From NCBI RefSeq assembly GCF_054482525.1, contig NZ_CM137006.1: DNA of 64,000 bases; one strand, given 5' to 3'. Made by a program: the position numbers and the translations under genes. Positions within the stretch are counted from its first letter, which is position 1, and every line of letters begins with the position of its first letter. The notes below the pieces were generated by a model. It did no database searches. It had not been told where the DNA came from and worked only from the letters and a program-made list of their open reading frames with translations. Positions 45,509 through 58,459 of this stretch are shown here, piece by piece.

Positions 45509-46696
45509 CTATATTGCATTTAAAAGGTCGTAATCATACGTATAGTCCTCTCTGGTATAATATTGCTTCTCTGAGTTATAAGCTTCATATGTATTATATT
45601 TTACGACTTCAAAGCAATTGTCTGGAGAATTTTCGTCTTTCTCGAGTGTATTATCTGGAAGGAATTCCTCTGAGCTAGAGTCCTCTATGTTTAAATCTGT
45701 ATTGTAATTAATTTTTGGATCGATTAGATAAGCATTTCCTTTGACGCTTTCATAATCTTTAATGATTATATCGATGTAATAATCTATTTTTTCTGATGAG
45801 AATGCTTTCATCTCTGGTAATCTAATTCTGTTCAAGTAATTGTTAATTTTCGATGAGCTTTTATATATTTCTTTTGTTAATTCATTTTCTAATTCATCTG
45901 TTAGAGTTGCTCTTGGTATAGATTCTATAATTGCAAGTCTCATAATTTTTAATTGTTCTTCGGTAATATCTCCAAGCGCATTTAAACAACTTTCGACAAG
46001 CTTAATTTTTTCTTCAGAATACATATCGTTAATGCTTGTTATAACAGGCGTTATTTTTAGTAAATAATCCCATGAGATTGTGGCGTTTTGTTTTGAACTA
46101 ACGAAATTTACCTGAAACATGTTGGCATTAGTAAAATCTGTGTCATCCAATTTAAAAGGGTTTAAAATTGTATTGGCCATATGTTTATCTGTAAAATCAT
46201 AAAGTTCTAAATCGACATTCCGTAAGTCCAGAGAGGATAGATCAACTATACCTCCAGTCCCACAACTAAAGATTACGTTCAACCTCCTGATTTCATTGTA
46301 AATGTCTTTCAATGGGCAATTAACATTGATATTGCCTGTGGATATTTCCTGGTTTTTTAACGGTTCATTAATTGTAAGTTCACAGGTATTGTCTGATCGT
46401 TGAATAATTCGGGCGTTATAACCAAAAAAATCCAGACGAAGAGACGAATCATTATAAAGAATTACATTTTGTAAGTACGCTAATTCTTTTTGAAAATCAC
46501 CAGTGATAATGCATTTCCCACCTGGTTGTAACGCGTTAAGTAAAGTGACCATTTGAACAGAGGTCTGTTTTAGTTTTTCTATGCCTGGTGCTAGTGCTTC
46601 GAGGTTATTTCCTATGGGGCTTTCAGGAAGATCATTCATTTTTCGACGGGCTAAATCACAACTAATATCATTACCAATTGATGAAACAGGGGACAT
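45509..46696 (-). CDS. yhaC: Uncharacterised protein YhaC (pentapeptide-repeat-like centre, acidic and Tyr-rich C-terminus)
   Basis: 395-aa ORF in strongly AT-rich DNA. Its length and position between rnpB and yhaB match K-12 yhaC. The central region ..VDLSSLDLRNVDLELYDFTDKHMANTILNPFKLDDTDFTNANMFQVNF.. resembles pentapeptide repeats. Confidence 0.8.
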   Translation of the reverse strand: MSPVSSIGNDISCDLARRKMNDLPESPIGNNLEALAPGIEKLKQTSVQMVTLLNALQPGGKCIITGDFQKELAYLQNVILYNDSSLRLDFFGYNARIIQRSDNTCELTINEPLKNQEISTGNINVNCPLKDIYNEIRRLNVIFSCGTGGIVDLSSLDLRNVDLELYDFTDKHMANTILNPFKLDDTDFTNANMFQVNFVSSKQNATISWDYLLKITPVITSINDMYSEEKIKLVESCLNALGDITEEQLKIMRLAIIESIPRATLTDELENELTKEIYKSSSKINNYLNRIRLPEMKAFSSEKIDYYIDIIIKDYESVKGNAYLIDPKINYNTDLNIEDSSSEEFLPDNTLEKDENSPDNCFEVVKYNTYEAYNSEKQYYTREDYTYDYDLLNAI

Positions 46697-46717
46697 TATT
46701 TTATCCTTTATAAATAA

Positions 46718-47257
46718 TCAATAAAAATCATTATTAAAATGATCGGGTGAAAAAAAGAGAATTTGCCAACAATCTGTAGGAATGGAGGTTTTATTAAAGT
46801 ACGTAGGGGGGGTTAAGATGGCTTCTTTTCGGGTGAATTTTGCACAATACTTAGAAATCGTCTCCTTAATACACTCCAGCTCTTTTTTATTGACGGCTGA
46901 GCAAGTACATTGTTCGCCAAAAGGTGCAAAAGTGCCTACATCTAATGTTTGTATGATATAATCGTCATGTTCTCCTGTAGAAATATCTATGATGAATGGA
47001 CTCATATTTTCCGGTTGGATTCGGATCATGACAGAAGGAACATCGCCTTGATAGAAATTCAATGCAGTAATTGCAGATAATACTCTCCGCAGTTCATTAC
47101 TTATACTGTATATTTTATTAACGTCATTGGTGGAGACAATTTCTGCAAACTTTCTTTTTACCGTCCAATAATCAATATTTCTGTTGTGATTGTTAACCAC
47201 TGCGTGCATTGGTGGGATTGAAGGGTGAAAAATATGTGCAATTGGGAAGCCTTTCAT
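46718..47257 (-). CDS. yhaB: Uncharacterised protein YhaB
   Basis: The ORF-track entry is 199 aa. The K-12 annotation length of 179 aa corresponds to the start MKGFPIAHIFHPS at 47257. The DNA is AT-rich and the start codon is uncertain. Confidence 0.7.
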   Translation of the reverse strand: MKGFPIAHIFHPSIPPMHAVVNNHNRNIDYWTVKRKFAEIVSTNDVNKIYSISNELRRVLSAITALNFYQGDVPSVMIRIQPENMSPFIIDISTGEHDDYIIQTLDVGTFAPFGEQCTCSAVNKKELECIKETISKYCAKFTRKEAILTPPTYFNKTSIPTDCWQILFFSPDHFNNDFY

Positions 47258-47512
47258 TGATGCCAGCCTTGTCATCATGACAAACAATAATAGATGCTTA
47301 TTTTCCTCGCACGGCACTTTCGCACTATCAAAAAACGCTCATTTACCCGGCATTACAGTAAACGAAGCAACATTCTGTGGCCTACGCCGATCAAAAGCTC
47401 TGTGAAAATTCCCCTTGTTGTCTTTGGCAGACCTTATCGCGGCGACCAGCAATTATTCGTTTTGTGATCCTCAACACAAAATGCTATTCGTCGCCTATGA
47501 GGGGAGAGGAAT

Positions 47513-47731
47513 TTATGGAAAACGATTGCATTCACAAAATGACGTCCTGTCAGAAGAGAAAAAGTTGACGTTAATCAATTGTTCGAGATGATCAATACCT
47601 GTATTCGAAATTTTAAAATATTGATAAAATAAATGTTTGTTCTCCAACAAATAACGTGAAAAAATGTGACGTGCCGCATTATTTATCGCTGAAAATGGTT
47701 TATTTATAATAAAATTTGAGAACTTGCTCAT
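47513..47731 (-). CDS. tdcR: Small positive regulator of the tdc operon, TdcR
   Basis: The ORF-track entry is 118 aa. The 72-aa form MSKFSNFIINKPFSAINNAARHIF... matches the remembered TdcR. It is divergent from tdcA. Confidence 0.7.
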   Translation of the reverse strand: MSKFSNFIINKPFSAINNAARHIFSRYLLENKHLFYQYFKISNTGIDHLEQLINVNFFSSDRTSFCECNRFP

Positions 47732-47966
47732 TAAATTTAACTCAAATTTTGCCTGGTAATTATCCGGTAATTGCTTGAAATATGGTCTCAGCCCCTTTTT
47801 TGTATTAACCACATAACGAATGATGTTATCGCCATAAAATATGGTTATCCCCGTCATTTTTTTTGACAAAAATCAGGGTTTATGCTGATTTTTATACTTT
47901 AACTTATTGATATATAAAGATATTTAATTGAAATAACGATGCCCTGGAAAGTATTGAAAGTTAATT

Positions 47967-47982
47967 TGTGAGTGGTCGCACA
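47967..47982. promoter_or_regulatory. CRP-binding site of the tdc promoter
   Basis: TGTGA-GTGGTC-GCACA, a near-consensus site (TGTGA-N6-TCACA) about 65-80 nt upstream of the tdcA ATG. The tdc operon is known to be cAMP-CRP dependent. Confidence 0.75.
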
Positions 47983-48045
47983 TATCCTGTTCATTTCATT
48001 TTGATACACTTCATGCCGTCAATGAGGTAATTAACGTAGGTCGTT

Positions 48046-48984
48046 ATGAGCACTATTCTTCTTCCGAAAACGCAGCACCTGGTAGTCTTTCAGGAAGTCA
48101 TTAGAAGTGGCTCTATCGGCTCGGCTGCAAAAGAATTAGGGTTAACTCAACCGGCCGTCAGTAAAATCATTAACGATATTGAAGATTATTTTGGCGTGGA
48201 ATTAGTGGTGCGGAAAAATACCGGTGTAACATTAACACCTGCCGGTCAATTGTTACTCTCCCGTTCCGAATCCATTACCCGTGAAATGAAAAATATGGTT
48301 AATGAGATAAGCGGTATGTCTTCTGAGGCGGTGGTGGAAGTCTCATTTGGTTTTCCTTCATTGATTGGTTTTACTTTTATGTCCGGGATGATCAACAAGT
48401 TCAAAGAGGTGTTCCCGAAAGCGCAGGTTTCTATGTATGAAGCGCAACTGTCTTCGTTCTTACCGGCAATCCGCGACGGTCGACTGGATTTTGCGATTGG
48501 TACGTTAAGCGCAGAAATGAAGCTTCAGGATTTACATGTTGAGCCGCTGTTCGAGTCCGAGTTTGTGCTGGTAGCCAGTAAGTCCCGAACATGCACCGGC
48601 ACCACCACGCTGGAGTCGTTGAAGAACGAACAGTGGGTGTTGCCACAAACCAATATGGGGTACTACAGCGAGCTACTTACTACGTTACAAAGAAATGGCA
48701 TCAGTATTGAAAACATCGTTAAAACCGACTCAGTCGTGACAATTTATAATCTTGTTCTCAATGCTGATTTCTTAACTGTAATTCCTTGTGATATGACATC
48801 ACCTTTTGGTTCAAATCAATTTATTACTATTCCGGTTGAAGAAACATTACCTGTGGCACAATATGCCGCGGTATGGTCGAAAAATTATCGTATTAAAAAA
48901 GCAGCATCGGTTTTGGTGGAATTAGCCAAAGAGTATTCATCTTATAATGGGTGTAGACGAAGGCAATTAATTGAAGTTGGTTAG
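48046..48984 (+). CDS. tdcA: LysR-type activator of the tdc operon
   Basis: 312-aa ORF with an N-terminal LysR HTH (..VIRSGSIGSAAKELGLTQPAVSKIINDIE..). Confidence 0.95.
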   Translation: MSTILLPKTQHLVVFQEVIRSGSIGSAAKELGLTQPAVSKIINDIEDYFGVELVVRKNTGVTLTPAGQLLLSRSESITREMKNMVNEISGMSSEAVVEVSFGFPSLIGFTFMSGMINKFKEVFPKAQVSMYEAQLSSFLPAIRDGRLDFAIGTLSAEMKLQDLHVEPLFESEFVLVASKSRTCTGTTTLESLKNEQWVLPQTNMGYYSELLTTLQRNGISIENIVKTDSVVTIYNLVLNADFLTVIPCDMTSPFGSNQFITIPVEETLPVAQYAAVWSKNYRIKKAASVLVELAKEYSSYNGCRRRQLIEVG

Positions 48985-49082
48985 TTATTTGTTTTTATTT
49001 AAACATAAATAATCCACCTGTCTGTTTTGCAGGTGTCGGTTACGGTTACCTACATATTTAATTCAGGCTAAGAGGTTTTATA

Positions 49083-50072
49083 ATGCATATTACATACGAT
49101 CTCCCGGTTGCTATTGATGACATCATTGAAGCAAAACAACGACTGGCTGGGCGAATTTATAAAACAGGCATGCCTCGCTCCAACTATTTTAGTGAACGTT
49201 GCAAAGGTGAAATATTCCTCAAATTCGAAAACATGCAGCGTACCGGTTCATTTAAAATTCGTGGCGCATTTAATAAATTAAGTTCACTGACCGATGCGGA
49301 AAAACGTAAAGGTGTAGTGGCCTGCTCTGCGGGCAACCATGCGCAAGGGGTTTCGCTCTCCTGCGCGATGCTGGGTATCGACGGTAAAGTGGTGATGCCA
49401 AAAGGCGCGCCGAAATCCAAAGTAGCGGCAACGTGCGACTACTCTGCAGAAGTCGTTCTGCATGGTGATAACTTCAACGACACTATCGCTAAAGTGAGCG
49501 AAATTGTCGAAATGGAAGGCCGTATTTTTATCCCACCTTATGATGATCCGAAAGTGATTGCTGGCCAGGGAACGATTGGTCTGGAAATTATGGAAGATCT
49601 CTATGATGTCGATAATGTGATTGTGCCAATTGGTGGTGGCGGTTTAATTGCTGGTATTGCGGTGGCAATAAAATCTATTAACCCGACCATTCGTGTTATT
49701 GGCGTACAGTCAGAAAACGTTCACGGCATGGCGGCTTCTTTCCACTCCGGAGAAATAACCACGCACCGAACTACCGGCACCCTGGCGGATGGTTGTGATG
49801 TCTCCCGCCCGGGTAATTTAACTTACGAAATCGTTCGTGAATTAGTCGATGACATCGTGCTGGTCAGCGAAGACGAAATCAGAAACAGTATGATTGCCTT
49901 AATTCAGCGCAATAAAGTCGTCACCGAAGGCGCAGGCGCTCTGGCATGTGCTGCATTATTAAGCGGTAAATTAGACCAATATATTCAAAACAGAAAAACC
50001 GTCAGTATTATTTCCGGCGGCAATATCGATCTTTCTCGCGTCTCTCAAATCACCGGTTTCGTTGACGCTTAA
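49083..50072 (+). CDS. tdcB: Catabolic (biodegradative) L-threonine dehydratase
   Basis: 329-aa PLP enzyme with the Lys motif ..[14 protein letters not shown]... Confidence 0.96.
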
Positions 50073-50090
50073 TTAATTCGTTGAGGATAG

Positions 50091-51425
<1,335 letters not shown>

Positions 51426-51450
51426 TCCGTAACTCAGGATGAGAAAAGAG

Positions 51451-52659
51451 ATGAATGAATTTCCGGTTGTTTTGGTTATTAACTGTGGTTCGTCTTCGAT
51501 TAAGTTTTCCGTGCTCGATGCCAGCGACTGTGAAGTATTAATGTCAGGTATTGCCGACGGTATTAACTCGGAAAATGCATTCTTATCCGTAAATGGGGGA
51601 GAGCCAGCACCGCTGGCTCACCACAGCTACGAAGGTGCATTGAAGGCAATTGCATTTGAACTGGAAAAACGGAATTTAAATGACAGCGTGGCCTTAATTG
51701 GCCACCGCATCGCTCACGGCGGCAGTATTTTTACCGAGTCCGCCATTATTACCGATGAAGTCATTGATAATATCCGTCGCGTTTCTCCACTGGCACCCCT
51801 GCATAATTACGCCAATTTAAGTGGTATTGAATCGGCGCAGCAATTATTTCCTGGCGTAACTCAGGTGGCGGTATTTGATACCAGTTTCCACCAGACGATG
51901 GCTCCGGAAGCTTATTTATACGGCCTGCCGTGGAAATATTATGAAGAGTTAGGTGTACGCCGTTATGGTTTCCACGGCACGTCGCACCGCTATGTTTCCC
52001 AGCGCGCACATTCTTTGCTGAATCTGGCGGAAGATGACTCCGGCCTGGTTGTGGCGCATCTTGGCAATGGCGCGTCAATCTGCGCAGTTCGCAACGGTCA
52101 GAGTGTTGACACTTCAATGGGAATGACGCCGCTGGAAGGCTTGATGATGGGTACCCGCAGTGGTGATGTCGACTTTGGTGCGATGTCCTGGGTCGCCAGC
52201 CAAACCAACCAGAGCCTGGGTGACCTGGAACGCGTAGTGAATAAAGAGTCGGGATTATTAGGTATTTCCGGTCTTTCTTCGGATTTACGTGTTCTGGAAA
52301 AAGCCTGGCATGAAGGTCACGAACGCGCGCAGCTGGCAATTAAAACCTTTGTTCACCGAATTGCCCGTCATATTGCCGGACACGCAGCCTCATTACGTCG
52401 CCTGGATGGAATTATATTCACCGGCGGAATAGGAGAGAATTCAAGTTTAATTCGTCGTCTGGTCATGGAACATTTGGCTGTATTAGGCGTAGTGATTGAT
52501 ACAGAAATGAATAATCGATCTAACTCTTTTGGAGAGCGAATTGTTTCCAGTGAAAATGCGCGTGTCATTTGCGCCGTTATTCCGACTAACGAAGAAAAAA
52601 TGATTGCTTTGGATGCCATTCATTTAGGCAAAGTTAACGCGCCCGCAGAATTTGCATAA
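51451..52659 (+). CDS. tdcD: Propionate/acetate kinase
   Basis: The ORF-track entry opens at 51439. The start [21 protein letters not shown] at 51451 gives 402 aa. Acetate-kinase signature. Confidence 0.95.
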   Translation: MNEFPVVLVINCGSSSIKFSVLDASDCEVLMSGIADGINSENAFLSVNGGEPAPLAHHSYEGALKAIAFELEKRNLNDSVALIGHRIAHGGSIFTESAIITDEVIDNIRRVSPLAPLHNYANLSGIESAQQLFPGVTQVAVFDTSFHQTMAPEAYLYGLPWKYYEELGVRRYGFHGTSHRYVSQRAHSLLNLAEDDSGLVVAHLGNGASICAVRNGQSVDTSMGMTPLEGLMMGTRSGDVDFGAMSWVASQTNQSLGDLERVVNKESGLLGISGLSSDLRVLEKAWHEGHERAQLAIKTFVHRIARHIAGHAASLRRLDGIIFTGGIGENSSLIRRLVMEHLAVLGVVIDTEMNNRSNSFGERIVSSENARVICAVIPTNEEKMIALDAIHLGKVNAPAEFA

Positions 52660-52692
52660 TTTAGTTGAAGTATTGTAGAGAGATTATTTTTC

Positions 52693-54987
52693 ATGAAGGT
52701 AGATATTGATACCAGCGATAAGCTGTACGCCGACGCATGGCTTGGCTTTAAAGGTACGGACTGGAAAAACGAAATTAATGTCCGCGATTTTATTCAACAT
52801 AACTATACACCGTATGAAGGCGATGAATCTTTCCTCGCTGAAGCGACGCCAGCCACCACGGAATTGTGGGAAAAAGTGATGGAAGGCATTCGTATCGAAA
52901 ACGCAACCCACGCGCCGGTTGATTTCGATACTAATATTGCTACCACCATTACCGCTCATGATGCGGGATATATTAACCAGCCGCTGGAAAAAATAGTGGG
53001 CCTGCAAACGGATGCGCCATTAAAGCGTGCGCTGCATCCGTTCGGTGGCATTAATATGATTAAAAGTTCATTCCACGCCTATGGCCGTGAAATGGACAGT
53101 GAATTTGAATATTTGTTTACCGATCTGCGTAAAACCCATAATCAGGGCGTATTTGATGTTTACTCACCGGATATGCTGCGCTGCCGTAAATCTGGCGTAC
53201 TGACCGGTTTGCCAGATGGTTATGGTCGTGGGCGCATCATCGGTGACTACCGCCGCGTGGCGCTGTATGGCATTCGTTATCTGGTGCGTGAACGCGAACT
53301 GCAATTTGCCGATCTCCAGTCCCGTCTGGAAAAAGGCGAAGATCTCGAAGCCACTATCCGTCTGCGTGAGGAGCTGGCAGAGCATCGTCATGCGCTGTTG
53401 CAGATTCAGGAAATGGCGGCGAAATATGGCTTTGATATCTCTCGCCCGGCGCAGAATGCGCAGGAAGCGGTGCAGTGGCTCTACTTCGCTTACCTGGCGG
53501 CAGTGAAATCGCAAAATGGCGGCGCGATGTCGCTGGGTCGCACGGCATCGTTCCTCGATATCTACATTGAGCGCGACTTTAAAGCTGGCGTACTCAATGA
53601 GCAGCAGGCACAGGAACTGATCGACCACTTCATTATGAAAATCCGTATGGTGCGCTTCCTGCGTACGCCGGAATTTGATTCGCTGTTCTCCGGCGACCCA
53701 ATCTGGGCGACGGAAGTGATCGGCGGGATGGGGCTTGACGGTCGTACGCTGGTGACCAAAAACTCCTTCCGCTATTTGCACACCCTGCACACTATGGGGC
53801 CTGCACCGGAACCTAACCTGACCATTCTTTGGTCGGAAGAATTACCGATTGCCTTCAAAAAATATGCCGCGCAGGTGTCGATCGTCACCTCTTCCTTGCA
53901 GTATGAAAACGACGATCTGATGCGTACTGACTTCAACAGCGACGATTACGCGATTGCCTGCTGCGTCAGCCCAATGGTGATTGGTAAGCAAATGCAGTTC
54001 TTTGGTGCACGCGCTAACCTGGCGAAAACACTGCTGTACGCAATTAACGGCGGGGTAGACGAGAAGCTGAAGATTCAGGTCGGGCCGAAAACGGCACCGT
54101 TGATGGACGATGTGCTGGATTACGACAAAGTGATGGACAGCCTCGATCACTTCATGGACTGGCTGGCGGTGCAGTACATCAGCGCGCTGAATATCATTCA
54201 CTACATGCACGACAAGTACAGCTACGAAGCTTCGCTGATGGCGCTGCACGATCGTGATGTCTATCGCACCATGGCGTGCGGCATCGCGGGCCTGTCGGTG
54301 GCAACGGACTCCCTGTCTGCGATCAAATATGCCCGCGTGAAACCAATCCGTGACGAAAACGGCCTGGCGGTGGACTTTGAAATCGACGGTGAATATCCGC
54401 AGTACGGCAACAACGACGAGCGCGTAGACAGTATTGCCTGCGACCTGGTTGAACGCTTTATGAAGAAAATTAAAGCGCTGCCAACCTATCGCAACGCCGT
54501 CCCTACCCAGTCGATTCTGACTATCACTTCTAACGTGGTGTACGGCCAGAAAACCGGTAACACGCCAGACGGTCGTCGCGCGGGTACACCGTTCGCACCG
54601 GGCGCTAACCCGATGCACGGTCGTGACCGCAAAGGTGCGGTAGCCTCGCTGACGTCGGTGGCGAAACTGCCGTTCACCTACGCCAAAGACGGGATCTCGT
54701 ACACCTTCTCGATCGTGCCTGCGGCGCTGGGCAAAGAAGATCCAGTACGTAAAACCAACCTTGTCGGCCTGCTGGATGGGTATTTCCACCACGAAGCGGA
54801 TGTCGAAGGAGGTCAACACCTCAACGTCAACGTAATGAATCGGGAAATGCTGCTGGATGCCATCGAGCACCCGGAAAAATATCCTAACCTGACAATCCGT
54901 GTCTCTGGCTACGCCGTGCGCTTCAACGCACTGACCCGTGAACAGCAACAGGATGTTATTTCACGTACTTTTACCCAGGCGCTCTGA
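52693..54987 (+). CDS. tdcE: 2-ketobutyrate formate-lyase / pyruvate formate-lyase 4 (glycyl radical enzyme)
   Basis: 764-aa ORF with the C-terminal glycyl-radical motif [11 protein letters not shown] and the active-site CC (..IACCVSPM..). Confidence 0.96.
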   Translation: MKVDIDTSDKLYADAWLGFKGTDWKNEINVRDFIQHNYTPYEGDESFLAEATPATTELWEKVMEGIRIENATHAPVDFDTNIATTITAHDAGYINQPLEKIVGLQTDAPLKRALHPFGGINMIKSSFHAYGREMDSEFEYLFTDLRKTHNQGVFDVYSPDMLRCRKSGVLTGLPDGYGRGRIIGDYRRVALYGIRYLVRERELQFADLQSRLEKGEDLEATIRLREELAEHRHALLQIQEMAAKYGFDISRPAQNAQEAVQWLYFAYLAAVKSQNGGAMSLGRTASFLDIYIERDFKAGVLNEQQAQELIDHFIMKIRMVRFLRTPEFDSLFSGDPIWATEVIGGMGLDGRTLVTKNSFRYLHTLHTMGPAPEPNLTILWSEELPIAFKKYAAQVSIVTSSLQYENDDLMRTDFNSDDYAIACCVSPMVIGKQMQFFGARANLAKTLLYAINGGVDEKLKIQVGPKTAPLMDDVLDYDKVMDSLDHFMDWLAVQYISALNIIHYMHDKYSYEASLMALHDRDVYRTMACGIAGLSVATDSLSAIKYARVKPIRDENGLAVDFEIDGEYPQYGNNDERVDSIACDLVERFMKKIKALPTYRNAVPTQSILTITSNVVYGQKTGNTPDGRRAGTPFAPGANPMHGRDRKGAVASLTSVAKLPFTYAKDGISYTFSIVPAALGKEDPVRKTNLVGLLDGYFHHEADVEGGQHLNVNVMNREMLLDAIEHPEKYPNLTIRVSGYAVRFNALTREQQQDVISRTFTQAL

Positions 54988-55000
54988 CGCCGGAGGATGT

Positions 55001-55390
55001 ATGAAAAAGATTATCGAAACGCAACGTGCCCCAGGCGCAATCGGCCCTTATGTTCAGGGCGTTGATTTAGGCAGCATGGTCTTCACCTCCGGGCAAATTC
55101 CGGTTTGCCCACAAACCGGTGAGATCCCGGCTGATGTGCAAGATCAGGCGCGTTTAAGCCTCGAAAACGTCAAAGCGATCGTGGTTGCTGCCGGGCTGAG
55201 CGTGGGCGATATCATCAAGATGACCGTGTTCATCACCGATCTGAATGATTTTGCCACCATCAACGAAGTCTATAAGCAGTTCTTCGATGAGCATCAGGCG
55301 ACCTACCCGACCCGGAGCTGTGTGCAGGTTGCGCGTTTGCCGAAAGATGTGAAGCTGGAAATTGAAGCCATCGCAGTACGTAGTGCGTAA
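55001..55390 (+). CDS. tdcF: RidA/YjgF-family enamine/imine deaminase TdcF
   Basis: The ORF-track entry opens at 54938 inside tdcE. The start MKKIIETQRAPGAIGPYVQG at 55001 is preceded by ggagg and gives 129 aa. Confidence 0.94.
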   Translation: MKKIIETQRAPGAIGPYVQGVDLGSMVFTSGQIPVCPQTGEIPADVQDQARLSLENVKAIVVAAGLSVGDIIKMTVFITDLNDFATINEVYKQFFDEHQATYPTRSCVQVARLPKDVKLEIEAIAVRSA

Positions 55391-55461
55391 AGCCTCGTGA
55401 GCGGGACGGTCGCAAGGTCGTTCCGCTCCACTTCACTGAACGGCAATCCGAGGGTGTGGAT

Positions 55462-56826
55462 ATGATTAGTGCATTCGATATTTTCAAAATTGGGATTGGT
55501 CCCTCCAGTTCGCATACCGTGGGGCCAATGAATGCCGGAAAAAGTTTTATTGATCGGCTGGAAAGTAGCGGCTTATTAACCGCGACGAGCCATATTGTGG
55601 TCGATCTGTACGGGTCGTTGTCACTGACGGGCAAAGGCCATGCCACGGATGTCGCCATTATCATGGGACTGGCAGGAAACAGTCCGCAGGATGTTGTCAT
55701 TGATGAGATCCCTGCATTTATAGAGTTAGTAACGCGCAGCGGGCGGCTGCCAGTGGCATCTGGTGCGCATATTGTTGATTTTCCTGTAGCAAAGAACATT
55801 ATCTTCCATCCCGAAATGTTGCCTCGCCATGAGAACGGAATGCGGATCACTGCCTGGAAGGGACAGGAAGCGCTATTAAGTAAAACCTATTACTCTGTCG
55901 GCGGCGGGTTTATTGTCGAAGAAGAACACTTCGGCCTGTCGCACGATGTCGAAACGTCCGTACCTTACGATTTCCACTCAGCAGGTGAACTGCTGAAAAT
56001 GTGTGATTACAACGGCCTGTCTATATCTGGTCTGATGATGCACAACGAGCTGGCGCTGCGCAGCAAAGCGGAAATTGACGCAGGGTTTGCCCGTATCTGG
56101 CAAGTGATGCATGACGGTATTGAACGCGGGATGAACACTGAAGGCGTGCTGCCTGGTCCGCTCAATGTGCCGCGTCGTGCCGTAGCGCTGCGTCGTCAGC
56201 TGGTTTCCAGCGATAACATCTCTAACGATCCGATGAATGTCATCGACTGGATCAATATGTACGCGCTGGCGGTTAGTGAAGAAAACGCAGCTGGCGGGCG
56301 CGTGGTGACGGCACCGACTAACGGTGCGTGCGGCATTATTCCGGCAGTGCTGGCTTATTACGATAAGTTCCGTCGTCCGGTAAACGAGCGGTCAATTGCC
56401 CGCTATTTTCTGGCAGCGGGGGCTATTGGCGCGCTGTATAAAATGAACGCCTCCATCTCTGGCGCGGAAGTCGGCTGTCAGGGGGAGATTGGCGTGGCCT
56501 GTTCAATGGCGGCGGCAGGGTTAACTGAACTCCTGGGCGGCAGTCCGGCGCAGGTGTGCAATGCGGCGGAAATCGCGATGGAGCATAACCTTGGGCTGAC
56601 CTGCGATCCGGTTGCCGGACAGGTACAAATCCCGTGCATTGAACGTAATGCCATTAATGCCGTGAAAGCAGTAAACGCCGCGCGGATGGCGATGCGCCGC
56701 ACCTCGGCACCGCGTGTTTCACTCGATAAAGTGATCGAGACGATGTATGAAACCGGCAAAGATATGAACGATAAATACCGCGAAACATCACGCGGAGGAC
56801 TGGCCATTAAAGTGGTCTGCGGCTGA
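55462..56826 (+). CDS. tdcG: L-serine dehydratase 3 (Fe-S type)
   Basis: The start [23 protein letters not shown] gives 454 aa. SdaA/SdaB paralogue. Confidence 0.95.
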   Translation: MISAFDIFKIGIGPSSSHTVGPMNAGKSFIDRLESSGLLTATSHIVVDLYGSLSLTGKGHATDVAIIMGLAGNSPQDVVIDEIPAFIELVTRSGRLPVASGAHIVDFPVAKNIIFHPEMLPRHENGMRITAWKGQEALLSKTYYSVGGGFIVEEEHFGLSHDVETSVPYDFHSAGELLKMCDYNGLSISGLMMHNELALRSKAEIDAGFARIWQVMHDGIERGMNTEGVLPGPLNVPRRAVALRRQLVSSDNISNDPMNVIDWINMYALAVSEENAAGGRVVTAPTNGACGIIPAVLAYYDKFRRPVNERSIARYFLAAGAIGALYKMNASISGAEVGCQGEIGVACSMAAAGLTELLGGSPAQVCNAAEIAMEHNLGLTCDPVAGQVQIPCIERNAINAVKAVNAARMAMRRTSAPRVSLDKVIETMYETGKDMNDKYRETSRGGLAIKVVCG

Positions 56827-56850
56827 CATTGCTGTCAGCTTTCATCCTTG

Positions 56851-56876
56851 GGTGCACAAATGTGCACCTTTTTTTT
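56851..56876 (+). terminator. tdc operon Rho-independent terminator
   Basis: ggtgcacaaatgtgcacc followed by T8. A second hairpin, gctgacattgctgtcagc, sits just upstream at 56822-56839. Confidence 0.8.
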
Positions 56877-57100
56877 GTGATCTGCCGCAAATAGAGAATG
56901 AATATTCTCTTGCGATTAATTTAGTAGAAAATTCTTATCCATCTCCGTTATTTCAAAGTCTTGATTGTGAAGATTTTCTCTGACCTCGCGCGTATCATTT
57001 CTTTATTCTAATAACTCGCCTGCAAAAACGTAGACCGCATATCGCCTTGATGCGGCTCGGAAAAAAATAATAAGCCCTACAAAATATTGAGCGAGAAATT

Positions 57101-58432
57101 ATGGAAATTGCATCGAATAAAGGCGTCATTGCAGACGCTTCGACCCCGGCGGGTCGTGTTGGAATGAGTGAGAGCGAGTGGCGAGAAGCGATCAAATTCG
57201 ACAGTACTGACACCGGCTGGGTGATTATGAGTATCGGGATGGCGATTGGCGCGGGGATTGTTTTTCTCCCGGTGCAGGTCGGTTTGATGGGATTGTGGGT
57301 ATTTTTGCTCTCATCGGTGATTGGTTACCCGGCAATGTATCTGTTTCAGCGGTTGTTTATTAATACGCTGGCAGAATCACCAGAATGTAAAGATTACCCG
57401 AGTGTCATTAGCGGTTATTTAGGTAAAAACTGGGGCATCCTGTTAGGTGCGCTCTATTTCGTAATGCTGGTGATTTGGATGTTCGTCTATTCCACCGCCA
57501 TCACCAACGATAGTGCTTCCTACCTGCATACCTTCGGCGTGACGGAAGGGTTGCTGTCAGACAGTCCCTTTTATGGTCTGGTACTGATTTGCATTCTGGT
57601 GGCGATCTCCTCACGCGGCGAGAAATTGTTATTCAAAATTTCGACGGGGATGGTGCTGACCAAGCTGCTGGTGGTCGCGGCGCTGGGCGTGTCGATGGTG
57701 GGAATGTGGCATCTGTATAACGTCGGTTCGCTACCGCCGCTGGGGCTGCTGGTGAAAAACGCCATTATTACGCTGCCGTTTACCCTGACGTCGATTCTGT
57801 TTATCCAGACGTTAAGCCCGATGGTGATCTCTTATCGCTCGCGGGAAAAATCAATTGAAGTGGCGCGGCATAAAGCATTGCGGGCAATGAATATCGCGTT
57901 TGGTATTTTGTTTGTCACCGTCTTTTTCTACGCCGTGTCGTTCACGCTGGCGATGGGACATGACGAAGCGGTAAAAGCCTACGAGCAGAATATTTCCGCG
58001 CTGGCAATTGCGGCGCAGTTTATTAGCGGTGACGGCGCAGCGTGGGTGAAAGTGGTCAGCGTCATTCTCAATATCTTTGCTGTAATGACTGCATTCTTTG
58101 GCGTCTATTTAGGCTTTCGCGAAGCAACGCAAGGGATCGTAATGAACATCCTGCGTCGCAAGATACCTGCCGAGAAGATTAACGAAAATCTCGTTCAGCG
58201 CGGCATCATGATTTTCGCCATTTTGCTGGCCTGGAGCGCCATCGTACTGAACGCCCCGGTGTTGAGCTTCACCTCTATCTGTAGCCCGATTTTCGGCATG
58301 GTAGGGTGCCTGATCCCGGCGTGGCTGGTTTACAAAGTACCGGCATTGCACAAATACAAAGGGATGTCTTTGTACCTGATTATCGTCACTGGTTTGTTGC
58401 TTTGTGTTTCTCCGTTCCTGGCATTTTCTTGA
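57101..58432 (+). CDS. cyuP: Cysteine-inducible HAAAP-family transporter CyuP (YhaO)
   Basis: 443-aa polytopic ORF paralogous to TdcC/SdaC, followed by cyuA. Confidence 0.92.
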   Translation: MEIASNKGVIADASTPAGRVGMSESEWREAIKFDSTDTGWVIMSIGMAIGAGIVFLPVQVGLMGLWVFLLSSVIGYPAMYLFQRLFINTLAESPECKDYPSVISGYLGKNWGILLGALYFVMLVIWMFVYSTAITNDSASYLHTFGVTEGLLSDSPFYGLVLICILVAISSRGEKLLFKISTGMVLTKLLVVAALGVSMVGMWHLYNVGSLPPLGLLVKNAIITLPFTLTSILFIQTLSPMVISYRSREKSIEVARHKALRAMNIAFGILFVTVFFYAVSFTLAMGHDEAVKAYEQNISALAIAAQFISGDGAAWVKVVSVILNIFAVMTAFFGVYLGFREATQGIVMNILRRKIPAEKINENLVQRGIMIFAILLAWSAIVLNAPVLSFTSICSPIFGMVGCLIPAWLVYKVPALHKYKGMSLYLIIVTGLLLCVSPFLAFS

Positions 58433-58459
58433 TTTACCTGAAATTTTAAGGTTTTTAAT

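Noticed and set aside
53842-54948. 368-aa minus-strand ORF inside tdcE.
   Set aside because: It is antisense to the glycyl-radical enzyme gene, with an unusual His/Arg/Val/Phe-rich composition and no start context.
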